Source: Clostridia bacterium
Lineage (GTDB): Bacteria; Bacillota; Clostridia; Oscillospirales; CAG-272
Direction: 5' to 3'
Length of the DNA: 64,000 nt
Assembly: GCA_017443595.1 (NCBI GenBank)
Contig: JAFSYU010000033.1
Span: forward strand, 201,414 to 265,413
Shown: positions 25,830 through 35,395 of the stretch, one piece after another
How the letters are laid out: each line of letters begins with the position of its first letter
Position numbering within the stretch: position 1 is the first letter of the stretch
Translations under genes and position numbers: made by a program
The notes under the pieces: model-generated
Told to the model about the DNA's origin: nothing
What the model saw: only the letters and a program-made list of their open reading frames with translations
Databases searched by the model: none

Positions 25830-28553
25830 TTATATCGCTCTTATGACGTCAATAGGCTGTTTTTTGACTACTCTGTGAAGAATGGGAAACGCAGTAACGG
25901 CAAGGAACGCCGTGAATATCAGAAGTGAAAGCAAAAACTGCAATATACCGAAATTCACCCAGCTTATATTGTATAAAAGCAAAGTCCCCATGGTATCGTT
26001 TATCGTGGATACTACGCGCGATGAGATAATTGCTGCAAGAATAACGATAAGAGCGTCCAGAAATCCAAGCTCTATGTAAAATACTTTTATCGTTACGTGC
26101 CCGCTCGTTCCGAGAGCGCGCATTATGCCAAGCTCCTTGTTCCTTTCCTTTACGAGAAGAGAAAGATAATTAAGGATTATTATAAACAGGAAGAAAGCGA
26201 TTACCGCGGAGAAGATTATCAGCACGCGGCTGACGTTATGCATGCTTTCCGTAATGCTCAAAACGCGCGAGAATATGACAGAGCTTACGTCAAGGCCGTT
26301 TTCTTCCGCTTTATTTACAACTTCTTTGATATTCACTCTTTGAGCGTTAAGATATACGGAGTTTGCTTTGAACGCCGTACCGAGAACGTCCTCCGCCACG
26401 GCTTTGCTGAACAGGACCGTGTTAGTGCCTTTTGTGACCGCAACTATACTGAAAACGTTTGTATTGTAATTGTATTTGCCGCCTTCGTTATTGAGATAAC
26501 ACGAGATATAGACTTCAAGCTTGGGGTACATGATATCTTCAACACCGCCGGAAAGAAGCGATCCTATATCGAGCAGCGAGCTATCGGCACTCAGATCTTG
26601 TGAGAGTTTTTTATATATGTCATAGAAAATATCGTATGATAAAGCTATCTCGTCATCGTTTAAAACAAAACCGTTTTCTTCAAAAGAAGGTTTTGTCAAA
26701 ACGTAATCATAATCGTCGCCGGAGGCGCTTATATCAACGCTTTCTCCGTAAAGGAACAGATCGTCGTAGTTATAACTGCCGTCCTCGTTTTCTTTAGCCT
26801 GTTTCGATAATGAAACGTAAGCCTGACCGGATGAGCTGATGTATTTGTCAAGCTCCTCGGATATGCCTTTGACGCCGAAAAGCATACGGTATTCGTCTTT
26901 TATATCCGTCATCAGATTTCCCAAAGAGAAAAGATTGATGCCCGTGGTGTTTTTATTTTTATCGTAGAGCTTTTCGCAGCTCGTTTTTATAATACCGCTT
27001 ATTTTTACCATGCAGTGATTCGAGCCGGAGCCGATAAGCAGAGTTTTTCCGTTTATCTCTTCTGCTGACGCGGGCTTGAATATTTCATAGTCGCCTTTCG
27101 CGTTGACGGAAACGAAACCGCACGACATCAGTTCGTTTGCCGTGTTGTCCGTTATAAGTATCTCGTCCGTGCTTACAGGATACGAGCCGTAAAGTAAGGA
27201 CAGACCGCACTTTTCAATATCGTCGTATTCTATAACGCCGTTAAAGCCGAATTTCGTGTCGTTCTGACCTATCATATCCCAGATGTTAGACATATCAAGC
27301 GTGCTTTCGGTCTTTAAATTGTTTACGGGGATATACGAAAGCTCGCATTTATAAAACATACCGGGATCGTTGTTTTTATAAATATCGTAGACAGCATTCG
27401 CGTCTTTCTCGTACGTCATTTCAACTTTAAGAAAATCAAGCTGAGTTTTGTTTACGGTGTTATTTATTATACTGCCGCTGTTGATCATTGCAAGACAAAG
27501 ACCTATGTTCAAAAAGCAGAGACAGATAAGAGAAACTATTACCGTTATTATAAAGCGCGCTTTGCGCTTTTTTATGTTTGACGCTGCCTGGGACAGACAG
27601 TTTTTAAAGCTCATTGACGCGCGGCGCAGCTGAAGCGGCGGTTCAGGCCTCGGTTCGGGCGCCGTATGCTGAGCAAAGTCTCCCGGGCTGTATCCTTCTT
27701 CCACAACGTCTATCATATCGGGATACGCAAGCACGACGTGCTGTTTGTCCGTCTCAAACGTTAAGTAGTTGTCGGAATCCGGATCAAGCGTGCTTTCCGC
27801 GTCATCCATAGTGAGCTTGTATCCGGCTTTTACGAACATTATGTTGTCTCTTATAAACTTCGTGTCCGCGTCGGAGCCGTGTTTTATCCTGTCAATATCG
27901 CCTGTTATAACACCGTCTGACATGAATATGATACGGTCGCCGTATTTATAAGCGATCTCGTTGTCGTGCGTTACGACGATAACAAGCCGCGATTTACTGA
28001 TCTTTTTAAGCGCGACAAAAAGATCGTCGCCCGTTACGGAATCAAGAGAACCGGACGGCTCGTCCGCCAATATTACCTCAGGCTGTTTGACGAGAGCGCG
28101 CGCTATTGCAACACGCTGACGCTGACCGCCGGACAGCTCCGCGGGCTTTCTGTAACCGAGGCCGGCAAGACCGACTGTGGAAAGCGCCTCGTCAATGCTT
28201 TCAAAATCAGATTTATGATTCTGAAGCTGAAGCGCCAACTCAATGTTTTCGTAAATGTTTCTGTTTTCTATTATGTTGAAATTCTGGAAAACAAAACCGA
28301 TATAAGTGTTTCTGTAATCGTCAAGCTTCTGAGCGGAAAGAGAGGAAAACGGAGTTCCGTTTATATAAACGTCGCCGGACGTAGGACGGTCAAGACCGCC
28401 TAACATATTCATAAGCGTGGATTTACCGCAGCCCGACTTGCCGAGTATCATAACCATACCGGTTTCCGGAAAGTCAATAGATATACCTTTTAGAGCGGTT
28501 ACGGCAAGTTTGCCCTTGCCGTACGTCTTTGTCAGGTTTTTTACACAAAGCAT
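25830..28553 (-). CDS. Fused ABC ATPase / FtsX-type permease (MacB architecture), paralog 2
   Basis: Walker A GKSGCGKST, signature LSGGQRQRVAIARA, Walker B ILADEPSGSLD. The topology matches paralog 1. The start is chosen at MLCVKNLTKTYG (28553). Alternative upstream ATGs lie at 28568 and 28598. Confidence 0.82.
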   Translation of the reverse strand: MLCVKNLTKTYGKGKLAVTALKGISIDFPETGMVMILGKSGCGKSTLMNMLGGLDRPTSGDVYINGTPFSSLSAQKLDDYRNTYIGFVFQNFNIIENRNIYENIELALQLQNHKSDFESIDEALSTVGLAGLGYRKPAELSGGQRQRVAIARALVKQPEVILADEPSGSLDSVTGDDLFVALKKISKSRLVIVVTHDNEIAYKYGDRIIFMSDGVITGDIDRIKHGSDADTKFIRDNIMFVKAGYKLTMDDAESTLDPDSDNYLTFETDKQHVVLAYPDMIDVVEEGYSPGDFAQHTAPEPRPEPPLQLRRASMSFKNCLSQAASNIKKRKARFIITVIVSLICLCFLNIGLCLAMINSGSIINNTVNKTQLDFLKVEMTYEKDANAVYDIYKNNDPGMFYKCELSYIPVNNLKTESTLDMSNIWDMIGQNDTKFGFNGVIEYDDIEKCGLSLLYGSYPVSTDEILITDNTANELMSCGFVSVNAKGDYEIFKPASAEEINGKTLLIGSGSNHCMVKISGIIKTSCEKLYDKNKNTTGINLFSLGNLMTDIKDEYRMLFGVKGISEELDKYISSSGQAYVSLSKQAKENEDGSYNYDDLFLYGESVDISASGDDYDYVLTKPSFEENGFVLNDDEIALSYDIFYDIYKKLSQDLSADSSLLDIGSLLSGGVEDIMYPKLEVYISCYLNNEGGKYNYNTNVFSIVAVTKGTNTVLFSKAVAEDVLGTAFKANSVYLNAQRVNIKEVVNKAEENGLDVSSVIFSRVLSITESMHNVSRVLIIFSAVIAFFLFIIILNYLSLLVKERNKELGIMRALGTSGHVTIKVFYIELGFLDALIVILAAIISSRVVSTINDTMGTLLLYNISWVNFGILQFLLSLLIFTAFLAVTAFPILHRVVKKQPIDVIRAI

Positions 28554-28721
28554 AAAATACCCTTTCATACAGTTTGATTGATGATTTAAGTATAGCACAG
28601 AACAACTGTTTTTTCAATTAAATTCATTTAAATATACTGTTATTATATTTACGTAAAATACTTGTAATTTTATAAAAACTGTGGTATACTGTAAAATGAA
28701 TAAATATTTAGCTGGAGTACT

Positions 28722-31412
28722 ATGAAGATCACCGGACTGAAATGCGAGCATATGCCCGCGCAGCTTGACAAAATAAATAACGACGTATATTGTACGGACG
28801 TATCAAAGCCGCATTTTTCGTTTTACGTTGAAGGAAACGAGAACAATACTGAGGTAAAATACTACAAACTTATCGTATCTTCCTCAAAGACGCTTGCGGA
28901 CGACGGAGTTGGGGATATGTACGATTCCGGACTTATATACTCGTCGGATACGATAGATATCGAATATAATGGTAAAGCTCTTTTGCCGTGTTCTTTGTAC
29001 TATTTCAAAATATACGCTATGATAGGCGCTAAAGCTTTAAAAAGCGGCGTCGGTATGTTTGCGACGGGTATAGGCGACAGCATTAAACTGCGTTCTCACT
29101 TTATAACGTACCCCGACGGAGTTTTAAAAAAGCATGAAGAAGCGGAAGGCAATGCAGACCTTCCCGCGCCGTATTTGCGAAAAGATATAAACGCGGAAAA
29201 AGAAGTATTGACCGCTTACGCTTACGTCACGTCGCTCGGCATATACGAGTTTTATATAAACGGAACAAACGTTAACCGCACGAAATTTGCGCCGGGCTTT
29301 ACGGATTACCACAAGACTTTACAGTATAATTTTTATGACGTCGGCAAATATTTCAAGACCGGGAAAAACACAGTGGGAGCGATCGTCGGCGACGGATGGT
29401 ATAAATCAAGCCTGAGTATAGCAGGCAGAAACAACTACGGCGAAAAATGCGCTTTTTCCGCATATTTATATTTAATATACGCGGACGGTTCATATGATGA
29501 AATATATACTGATGAGAGCTGGGAATGTTTTTCCGGCGCGTATATATATACCGATAATCAGAACGGAGAGTATTTTGACGCCCGTCTTGACGATAAAGAC
29601 GTTTTCAAATCGCAGCGCGCGGAAGCTTCTATGCCGAACGCGGTAATGCTCGACGAGCCGTTTATACGGGAGACCGATATTATAGCCGCAAAGGGTCCGG
29701 AAGTTGTTGAAATGATGAGGATAGGGCCGGTTTCCGTATCGGAGGTAAACGGCAGATATATAGTTGATATGGGGCAGAACATGGTGGGCGTCATATCCGC
29801 AAAGCTCAGATGCAAAGCCGGAACAAAAGTAGTATTCCGCCACGGTGAGATGCTTAATGACGCGGATAAAGGAACGCGCGGCTGCGACGGAGACAAGGGT
29901 ACGCTTTATACGACGAATCTGCGCACGGCAAAACAGACGGACGTTTATATATGCTCGGGCAAAAACGACGTTTACCGTCCGCGCTTCACGTATCACGGAT
30001 TCCGCTACGTTGAGATAAGCGGCATTGACTACACGCCTTCTCTTGACGATATAACGGGACACGTTATGTATTCGGACTGCGCAAAGACCGGAAGCATAGA
30101 AACGACCGATACTATGCTTAATAAGCTGGTATCAAATATAACCTGGGGACAGAGTGGGAATTCCTTCAGTATACCGACCGACTGTCCGCAGCGTGACGAA
30201 CGCCTCGGATGGACGGGCGACGCGCAGGTTTTTGCAAGATCAGCCTGCTACGGCACGGACTGCGCCGGATTTTTCAAAAAATATCTGCGCATAATAACGG
30301 ACGCGCAGAAACCGAACGGCTCCGTTACGGATATAGCTCCCATGCTGAAATACAATAAAACAAACGATCTTGTAGGCAACGGCAACGCCGGCTGGGGTGA
30401 CGTCATATTCGTTTTACCGTATACGCATTACAGTATGTTCGGCGATAAACGTGTTATATCGGACGTCCTGCCTTATGCTGAAAAATATTTTGATTACCTG
30501 CAAAGCACAACAAAAAACGACCTGCGCCCGGACGCCGGATACGGTGACTGGCTTTCCGTAAACGAGACCACGCCTAAAGACGTTTTGGCTACCGCTTTTT
30601 ACGCATACGACGCGAATATACTATCTTCAATGTACGCAATAACAGGCGATACAGTAAGATGCGCGTATTACAAAAAACGCTTTGAAGAGATAGCGGAAGC
30701 ATTCAGAGAAGAATACCTGTACGACGACTGCAAGATAAAGGGTGATACGCAGTGCGTATATATCCTTGCGCTGAAATTCGGGCTTGTCACCGGATATGAA
30801 AAAGAAAAAGCGGTAAAACATCTTAAAAGAAAAATAATTGAGGCAAACGGACATTTGAACACGGGATTTTTGAGCGTCGGTTATCTTTTGCCTGTCCTTT
30901 GCGACAACGGTTTATCGGATATGGCGTACGACGTACTGCTGTGCGATACGTATCCGTCGTGGTTTTACTCGATCAAAAACGGCGCGACTACGGTATGGGA
31001 GCGCTGGAACAGCTATACTAAAGAAGACGGCTTCGGCGACGCGGGAATGAATTCCTTCAATCATTATTCACTCGGCAGCTGTTACGAATGGATGTATGAG
31101 TACATGATGGGGATCAAACCGGCAGTACCCGGATATAAAGAGTTTTATTACCGTCCTTATCCCGATAAGCGCGTTGACAGGATAGCCGGCGTATACAACA
31201 GCGTATACGGGCAGATAATTTCCGAATGGAAAAGAACGGATAAAGGATTTGATCTGAGGCTTACCGTTCCCGTAAACACAAAAGCCGTAATAACGCCGGA
31301 TTCAGGATTGCTTATTCCGGGCATAAGAGGATATCAGAAAATAACGGAGAAAAAAACGTTAGGTTCCGGAGTGTATCTGTTCAAGATGGCAGATCAGGGA
31401 GATAATTTGTGA
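28722..31412 (+). CDS. Cytoplasmic GH78 alpha-L-rhamnosidase
   Basis: No signal peptide. GH78 hallmark PTDCPQRDERLGWTGDAQVF. Length 896 aa. Confidence 0.88.
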   Translation: MKITGLKCEHMPAQLDKINNDVYCTDVSKPHFSFYVEGNENNTEVKYYKLIVSSSKTLADDGVGDMYDSGLIYSSDTIDIEYNGKALLPCSLYYFKIYAMIGAKALKSGVGMFATGIGDSIKLRSHFITYPDGVLKKHEEAEGNADLPAPYLRKDINAEKEVLTAYAYVTSLGIYEFYINGTNVNRTKFAPGFTDYHKTLQYNFYDVGKYFKTGKNTVGAIVGDGWYKSSLSIAGRNNYGEKCAFSAYLYLIYADGSYDEIYTDESWECFSGAYIYTDNQNGEYFDARLDDKDVFKSQRAEASMPNAVMLDEPFIRETDIIAAKGPEVVEMMRIGPVSVSEVNGRYIVDMGQNMVGVISAKLRCKAGTKVVFRHGEMLNDADKGTRGCDGDKGTLYTTNLRTAKQTDVYICSGKNDVYRPRFTYHGFRYVEISGIDYTPSLDDITGHVMYSDCAKTGSIETTDTMLNKLVSNITWGQSGNSFSIPTDCPQRDERLGWTGDAQVFARSACYGTDCAGFFKKYLRIITDAQKPNGSVTDIAPMLKYNKTNDLVGNGNAGWGDVIFVLPYTHYSMFGDKRVISDVLPYAEKYFDYLQSTTKNDLRPDAGYGDWLSVNETTPKDVLATAFYAYDANILSSMYAITGDTVRCAYYKKRFEEIAEAFREEYLYDDCKIKGDTQCVYILALKFGLVTGYEKEKAVKHLKRKIIEANGHLNTGFLSVGYLLPVLCDNGLSDMAYDVLLCDTYPSWFYSIKNGATTVWERWNSYTKEDGFGDAGMNSFNHYSLGSCYEWMYEYMMGIKPAVPGYKEFYYRPYPDKRVDRIAGVYNSVYGQIISEWKRTDKGFDLRLTVPVNTKAVITPDSGLLIPGIRGYQKITEKKTLGSGVYLFKMADQGDNL

Positions 31413-33190
31413 GTAGATTTATTAAAGCGACAGCGGTCATCACGGTTTTGATATTTATTGCGACTTGTTTTTGCTGCGCCCTGAATACGGATGATGATAT
31501 GAGTCAACTTAAACCGTCAAGCGCAAAAAACACGGAACCGGCGCCGCCCACAGTAGAGCTAACCGGCGCGTCCGGAGATTATTCCGCCTTGCTTTCCTGG
31601 ACCGCTTCCGATAACGGAGCGCTTATCGAAGGTTATGAATTGACGTACTGTTACGCTGACTCGCCCGATAATGAAATAGGAAGAGTTGAAATAAGACCGG
31701 GAGTAAACAGCATAACGCTTTCCGGACTTTCCGGCGGGATCGAACACATAATAAAAATAACAGCAAAAAACAGCGCGGGAAGCACAACGGCGACCGTTAC
31801 GGTAACACCTAACGATCCGGATCTTGCAACCGTAACCGCGGTCAAAAATGAAATAGAGGCTTCAGTCGTGGCAATACACATGAATCTCGCCAACACAAAA
31901 GATACGGTTGCAAGCTACCTTTCATCTTATTTCAGCAGATACAGCGAATACGGCGTAAGGATAAAGGACGTTGTAATAACGGATTTTCACGCGGCTCAGC
32001 CCGTTACGGCGGAAGACCCGGACGCTGCACCGGGCGAATTCACGTTTATACTTGAATTGGAAAAGGGCGACGTAAGCCTCACGACACGCAGAATAAACGC
32101 GGAAATAGATAACAAAACATCGATCGTATATTTATCCGCTGACAGGTTCAGCGTAATGACAGGTGAAAAGCTTACCGTCAAAGCGACCGCACTTGATATA
32201 AAAGACAAAACGTATTACTGGTACAGCACGGCGTCAGATAACGACAAAGGAAGTCTTATACAAAGCTCCGAATCAGATACCTGCGATATAAAAACGGACA
32301 AACCCGGCGTATTTTATATTTACTGCGTATGCGGCGGCGTATCGTCTCCGAAAATTAAATTCACGGTATCGGAGCCTTTTGTCGCTGTTTCCGACATAGA
32401 GCTTTCAACAGATACGATAACAGCCGGGGAGGCTGAGATACTGCGCAGTACCGTATATCCGTCAAATGCTGCAAACAAAAACATATTATGGTCAATAGAA
32501 AATGACGGCGGATGTCTTGCGGAACTTTCCGGCAGAACGATAACGGCGTATAAACCGGGCACTGTAACAGTAAAAGCGACGGTCAATAACGGCTTATCCG
32601 ACGGAGATTATGAAAAGATATTCTATATTACGGTAAAAGAAAAATCAACAGATCATAAAACGACTGATGAAACGGAAGACGCAAGCGATACAGACATAAA
32701 AGAAACAGAATTTGACTGTGCTAAAATAAACGGCATAGAATCGCTTACGGTGACGGCTGAAAACGGAGCTGTCCAGATAACTCCCGTAACGGAAGAAACG
32801 GTCAAGCGCATTTTATCCGAAAGCAATATAGAAGAGACTGAATACGAGATAATCGGCGCCGTCAAATTTGTATATGAGAAAAACGCAATAGCTCATGAAA
32901 CTCAAATGAAAATAAAAGGCTATGACGGTAAATACGTGCGTATCCTTTCCATAAACAGCAACGGAAGCAGGGCGTTATCCGAAAAAGAAAAGCCGGTAAA
33001 CGGCATAATACACGGAAACGCCGTTTCACCGGACACGGTGATACTGTTGTGTGAAAAAGAAGATAAAGACGCGTCAGGCGTTTTTCCGGCGGCACTGATC
33101 CTTGTGATACCGGCAGCGGCTGCCGTTATCATCATAGCTTATATAATGATCAAAGAAGACGGAAAGAAGAAGAAAAGAAGGGTAAAATAA
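31409..33190 (+). CDS. Type-I membrane protein with FN3 and bacterial Ig-like (Big_2) domains
   Basis: The GTG start overlaps the upstream stop (GTGA). The protein has an N-terminal signal or anchor. FN3 block: LSWTASDNGALIEGYELTY...ITAKNSAGST. Big_2 block: VSDIELSTDTITAGEAEILRSTVYPSNAANKNILWSIEN...GTVTVKATV. It ends in a C-terminal TM helix plus a KKKKRRVK tail. Confidence 0.7.
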   Translation: MSRFIKATAVITVLIFIATCFCCALNTDDDMSQLKPSSAKNTEPAPPTVELTGASGDYSALLSWTASDNGALIEGYELTYCYADSPDNEIGRVEIRPGVNSITLSGLSGGIEHIIKITAKNSAGSTTATVTVTPNDPDLATVTAVKNEIEASVVAIHMNLANTKDTVASYLSSYFSRYSEYGVRIKDVVITDFHAAQPVTAEDPDAAPGEFTFILELEKGDVSLTTRRINAEIDNKTSIVYLSADRFSVMTGEKLTVKATALDIKDKTYYWYSTASDNDKGSLIQSSESDTCDIKTDKPGVFYIYCVCGGVSSPKIKFTVSEPFVAVSDIELSTDTITAGEAEILRSTVYPSNAANKNILWSIENDGGCLAELSGRTITAYKPGTVTVKATVNNGLSDGDYEKIFYITVKEKSTDHKTTDETEDASDTDIKETEFDCAKINGIESLTVTAENGAVQITPVTEETVKRILSESNIEETEYEIIGAVKFVYEKNAIAHETQMKIKGYDGKYVRILSINSNGSRALSEKEKPVNGIIHGNAVSPDTVILLCEKEDKDASGVFPAALILVIPAAAAVIIIAYIMIKEDGKKKKRRVK

Positions 33191-33607
33191 ATGAAATCAT
33201 ACAGAAAAGTACTTACCGTAAACATTCCTAAAAGAAGAGCATACGTCAATATAACTCCGCAGGTGGATCAGGCGCTAAAAGAAAGCGGCATAAAAGAAGG
33301 TCTGATACTTATAAACGCGATGAATATCACCGCAAGCGTGTTTATAAACGACGATGAACCGGGACTTCACAGCGATTTTGAAGCGTTTCTTGAGAGGGTA
33401 GCGCCGGAAAAACCGTATTCACAGTACCGCCACAACGGCTACGAGGACAACGCGGACGCGCATATAAAGCGTCAGATAATGGGCAGAGAAGTGGTATGCG
33501 CCGTGACCGACGGTCAGCTTGATTTCGGCACGTGGGAGCAGATATTTTACGGTGAATACGACGGTATGAGAAATAAAAGAATAATGATAAAAATAATAGG
33601 AGAATAA
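33191..33607 (+). CDS. YjbQ/UPF0047 family protein (secondary thiamine-phosphate synthase-like)
   Basis: Typical YjbQ pattern: VNITPQV...[26 protein letters not shown]...[35 protein letters not shown]. Confidence 0.85.
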   Translation: MKSYRKVLTVNIPKRRAYVNITPQVDQALKESGIKEGLILINAMNITASVFINDDEPGLHSDFEAFLERVAPEKPYSQYRHNGYEDNADAHIKRQIMGREVVCAVTDGQLDFGTWEQIFYGEYDGMRNKRIMIKIIGE

Positions 33608-33611
33608 CGAT

Positions 33612-34307
33612 ATGATAGGAATAATTGCTGCTCTTGATCTTGAACTTGATATGATAAGAACTGCATTGACTGACGTAACGGAAGAAGAAGCGGGCGGTAT
33701 CAAATTTTATATCGGCAAGTACAAAAACAACGAAGTAGTTTGCGCCGTTTGCGGAATGGGAAAAGTATTTGCGGCGATGTGCGCTGAGGCGATGATAATA
33801 AAATATTCGCCGGATATTGTAATAAATACAGGGGTCGCAGGCTCACTTTGCAGTGATTTAAAGCAGCTTGACAGCGCCGTTGCCGAAAAATGCGTACAAC
33901 ACGATATGGATACTTCGCCTTTGGGCGATCCTGTCGGTATGGTATCCGGGATCAACAAAATCTATTTTGATGCCGATTTGAAAGCTGCAAATCAGCTTAT
34001 AACGTGCTACGAAACAAAAAAGCCGAAATTATGCACTATAGCCACGGGCGATTCTTTTGTATCAGACCTTGAAAAAAAGAAATACATAGTGGATACGTTC
34101 GGCGCGTCAGTATGCGATATGGAAAGCGGATCTATAGCGCACGTATGTTTTGTGACCGGAACGCCGTTCATTATAAGCCGCGTTATGTCCGACGGCACGG
34201 AGGGGGACGCCGCTGTTGATTATTACACTCTTCGCGGAACGGCTGCAAATATATCAAGCAAAGCGATTTTGAATTTTATTGAAAAATACGGAGATCAATA
34301 CGCCTGA
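33612..34307 (+). CDS. mtnN: 5'-methylthioadenosine/S-adenosylhomocysteine nucleosidase
   Basis: MIGIIAALDLEL start, INTGVAGSL, and catalytic region CDMESGSIAHVC. Length 231 aa. Confidence 0.9.
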   Translation: MIGIIAALDLELDMIRTALTDVTEEEAGGIKFYIGKYKNNEVVCAVCGMGKVFAAMCAEAMIIKYSPDIVINTGVAGSLCSDLKQLDSAVAEKCVQHDMDTSPLGDPVGMVSGINKIYFDADLKAANQLITCYETKKPKLCTIATGDSFVSDLEKKKYIVDTFGASVCDMESGSIAHVCFVTGTPFIISRVMSDGTEGDAAVDYYTLRGTAANISSKAILNFIEKYGDQYA

Positions 34308-34350
34308 TAATAAGAAGGAATTATAATTCGGTCAATCGTTAAAGAATATT

Positions 34351-34378
34351 AAAACGCTCTGTTTAAGCAGAGCGTTTT
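34351..34378. terminator. Bidirectional terminator between convergent genes
   Basis: aaaacgctctg-tttaag-cagagcgtttt. Confidence 0.7.
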
Positions 34379-34393
34379 GAATTTCATGATTAT

Positions 34394-35395
34394 TTATTTA
34401 ATAATATCTGACAGCACGCGTAATACGTTTTTATAAAAAACTTTGTCCGCCTGATCCTCGGTCAAACCTCTTTTTACAAGAGTTTCCCATAAAAGCGGAG
34501 CGTAAGACGGGTCTTTAATTTGCAGACGTCTTGAACTGATGCCGTCGTAATCGGAACCCAGACCTACTACGTCCTCGCCGCCGACTTTGATAAAATGCAG
34601 AACGTGATCCGCAAAATCATCAGCTGTTATCGCATCCGGATGACCGTCTTTGATGAAAGCGGGACAGTAGTTAAGTCCGGAAACACCGCCGTGATCGGCT
34701 AAAACTCTGATCATATCGTCCGTCAGGTTCCTTGTATGTCCGCAAAGCTGCCGGCAGTTTGAATGTGAGGCGACAAACGGACCTTTTACGATATCCGCAA
34801 CGTCGTAAAACGATTTGTCTGAGCTGTGAGAGACGTCAACTGTCATGCCGAGCTCGCACATATATTCAACTATTTCTTTTCCTTTTTCGGTAAGTCCGTT
34901 TTCCGTATCGGGCGATACGCTGCCGTTGTTTACGTCAATGTGATTTGGATGACCCAGGCTGTTTTTGAAATTCCAGGTAATGTTCATCATACGAGCGCCG
35001 CGGTCATAAAAGTGCTTTAACTTTTCCGTTGAGCCTTCGCAGCATTCGCCCTCTTCAAGCGTTAAAAGCGCGGAGATCTTACCGACTTTTTCATTTTTTT
35101 CTATATCTGCAAGGCAGAAGACCGGCGCGATATAATCTTTATACTTTTCAAGCTCTTCGTAGTAAATATCGGTCAGAGCTTCCGCGTGGGCGTATGCAGA
35201 GTCGACTTTCGTAAGATACGCAAACATGGCAAAGCACTGTATATACGCTCCGCCCGCGGCAAGACGTTTGATATCTATATCAAGATCGTTTTCAAACAGA
35301 GAATAGGGTTTTCCTACAATTTTTCTGCGGTACAGTTCGGATATCGTATCGCAGTGCATATCAATAAATTTGTGTTTCATTTCAGTAACATCCAT
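34394..35395 (-). CDS. Membrane-dipeptidase family (peptidase M19) protein
   Basis: FIDMHCDT metal-binding start motif, VDVSHSS, and GLGSDYDG. An alternative start MKHKF at 35380 would give an ATGA overlap with the upstream stop. Confidence 0.85.
   Translation of the reverse strand: MDVTEMKHKFIDMHCDTISELYRRKIVGKPYSLFENDLDIDIKRLAAGGAYIQCFAMFAYLTKVDSAYAHAEALTDIYYEELEKYKDYIAPVFCLADIEKNEKVGKISALLTLEEGECCEGSTEKLKHFYDRGARMMNITWNFKNSLGHPNHIDVNNGSVSPDTENGLTEKGKEIVEYMCELGMTVDVSHSSDKSFYDVADIVKGPFVASHSNCRQLCGHTRNLTDDMIRVLADHGGVSGLNYCPAFIKDGHPDAITADDFADHVLHFIKVGGEDVVGLGSDYDGISSRRLQIKDPSYAPLLWETLVKRGLTEDQADKVFYKNVLRVLSDIIK

Noticed and set aside
23174-28553. The tandem ABC ATPase/permease genes as a bacteriocin or antimicrobial-peptide immunity or defence system.
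   Set aside because: No two-component system, bacteriocin precursor, peptidase-C39 domain or immunity gene is adjacent. Operon linkage is to a GH78 lipoprotein. The function is therefore left open and is reported as a finding rather than called a defence system.
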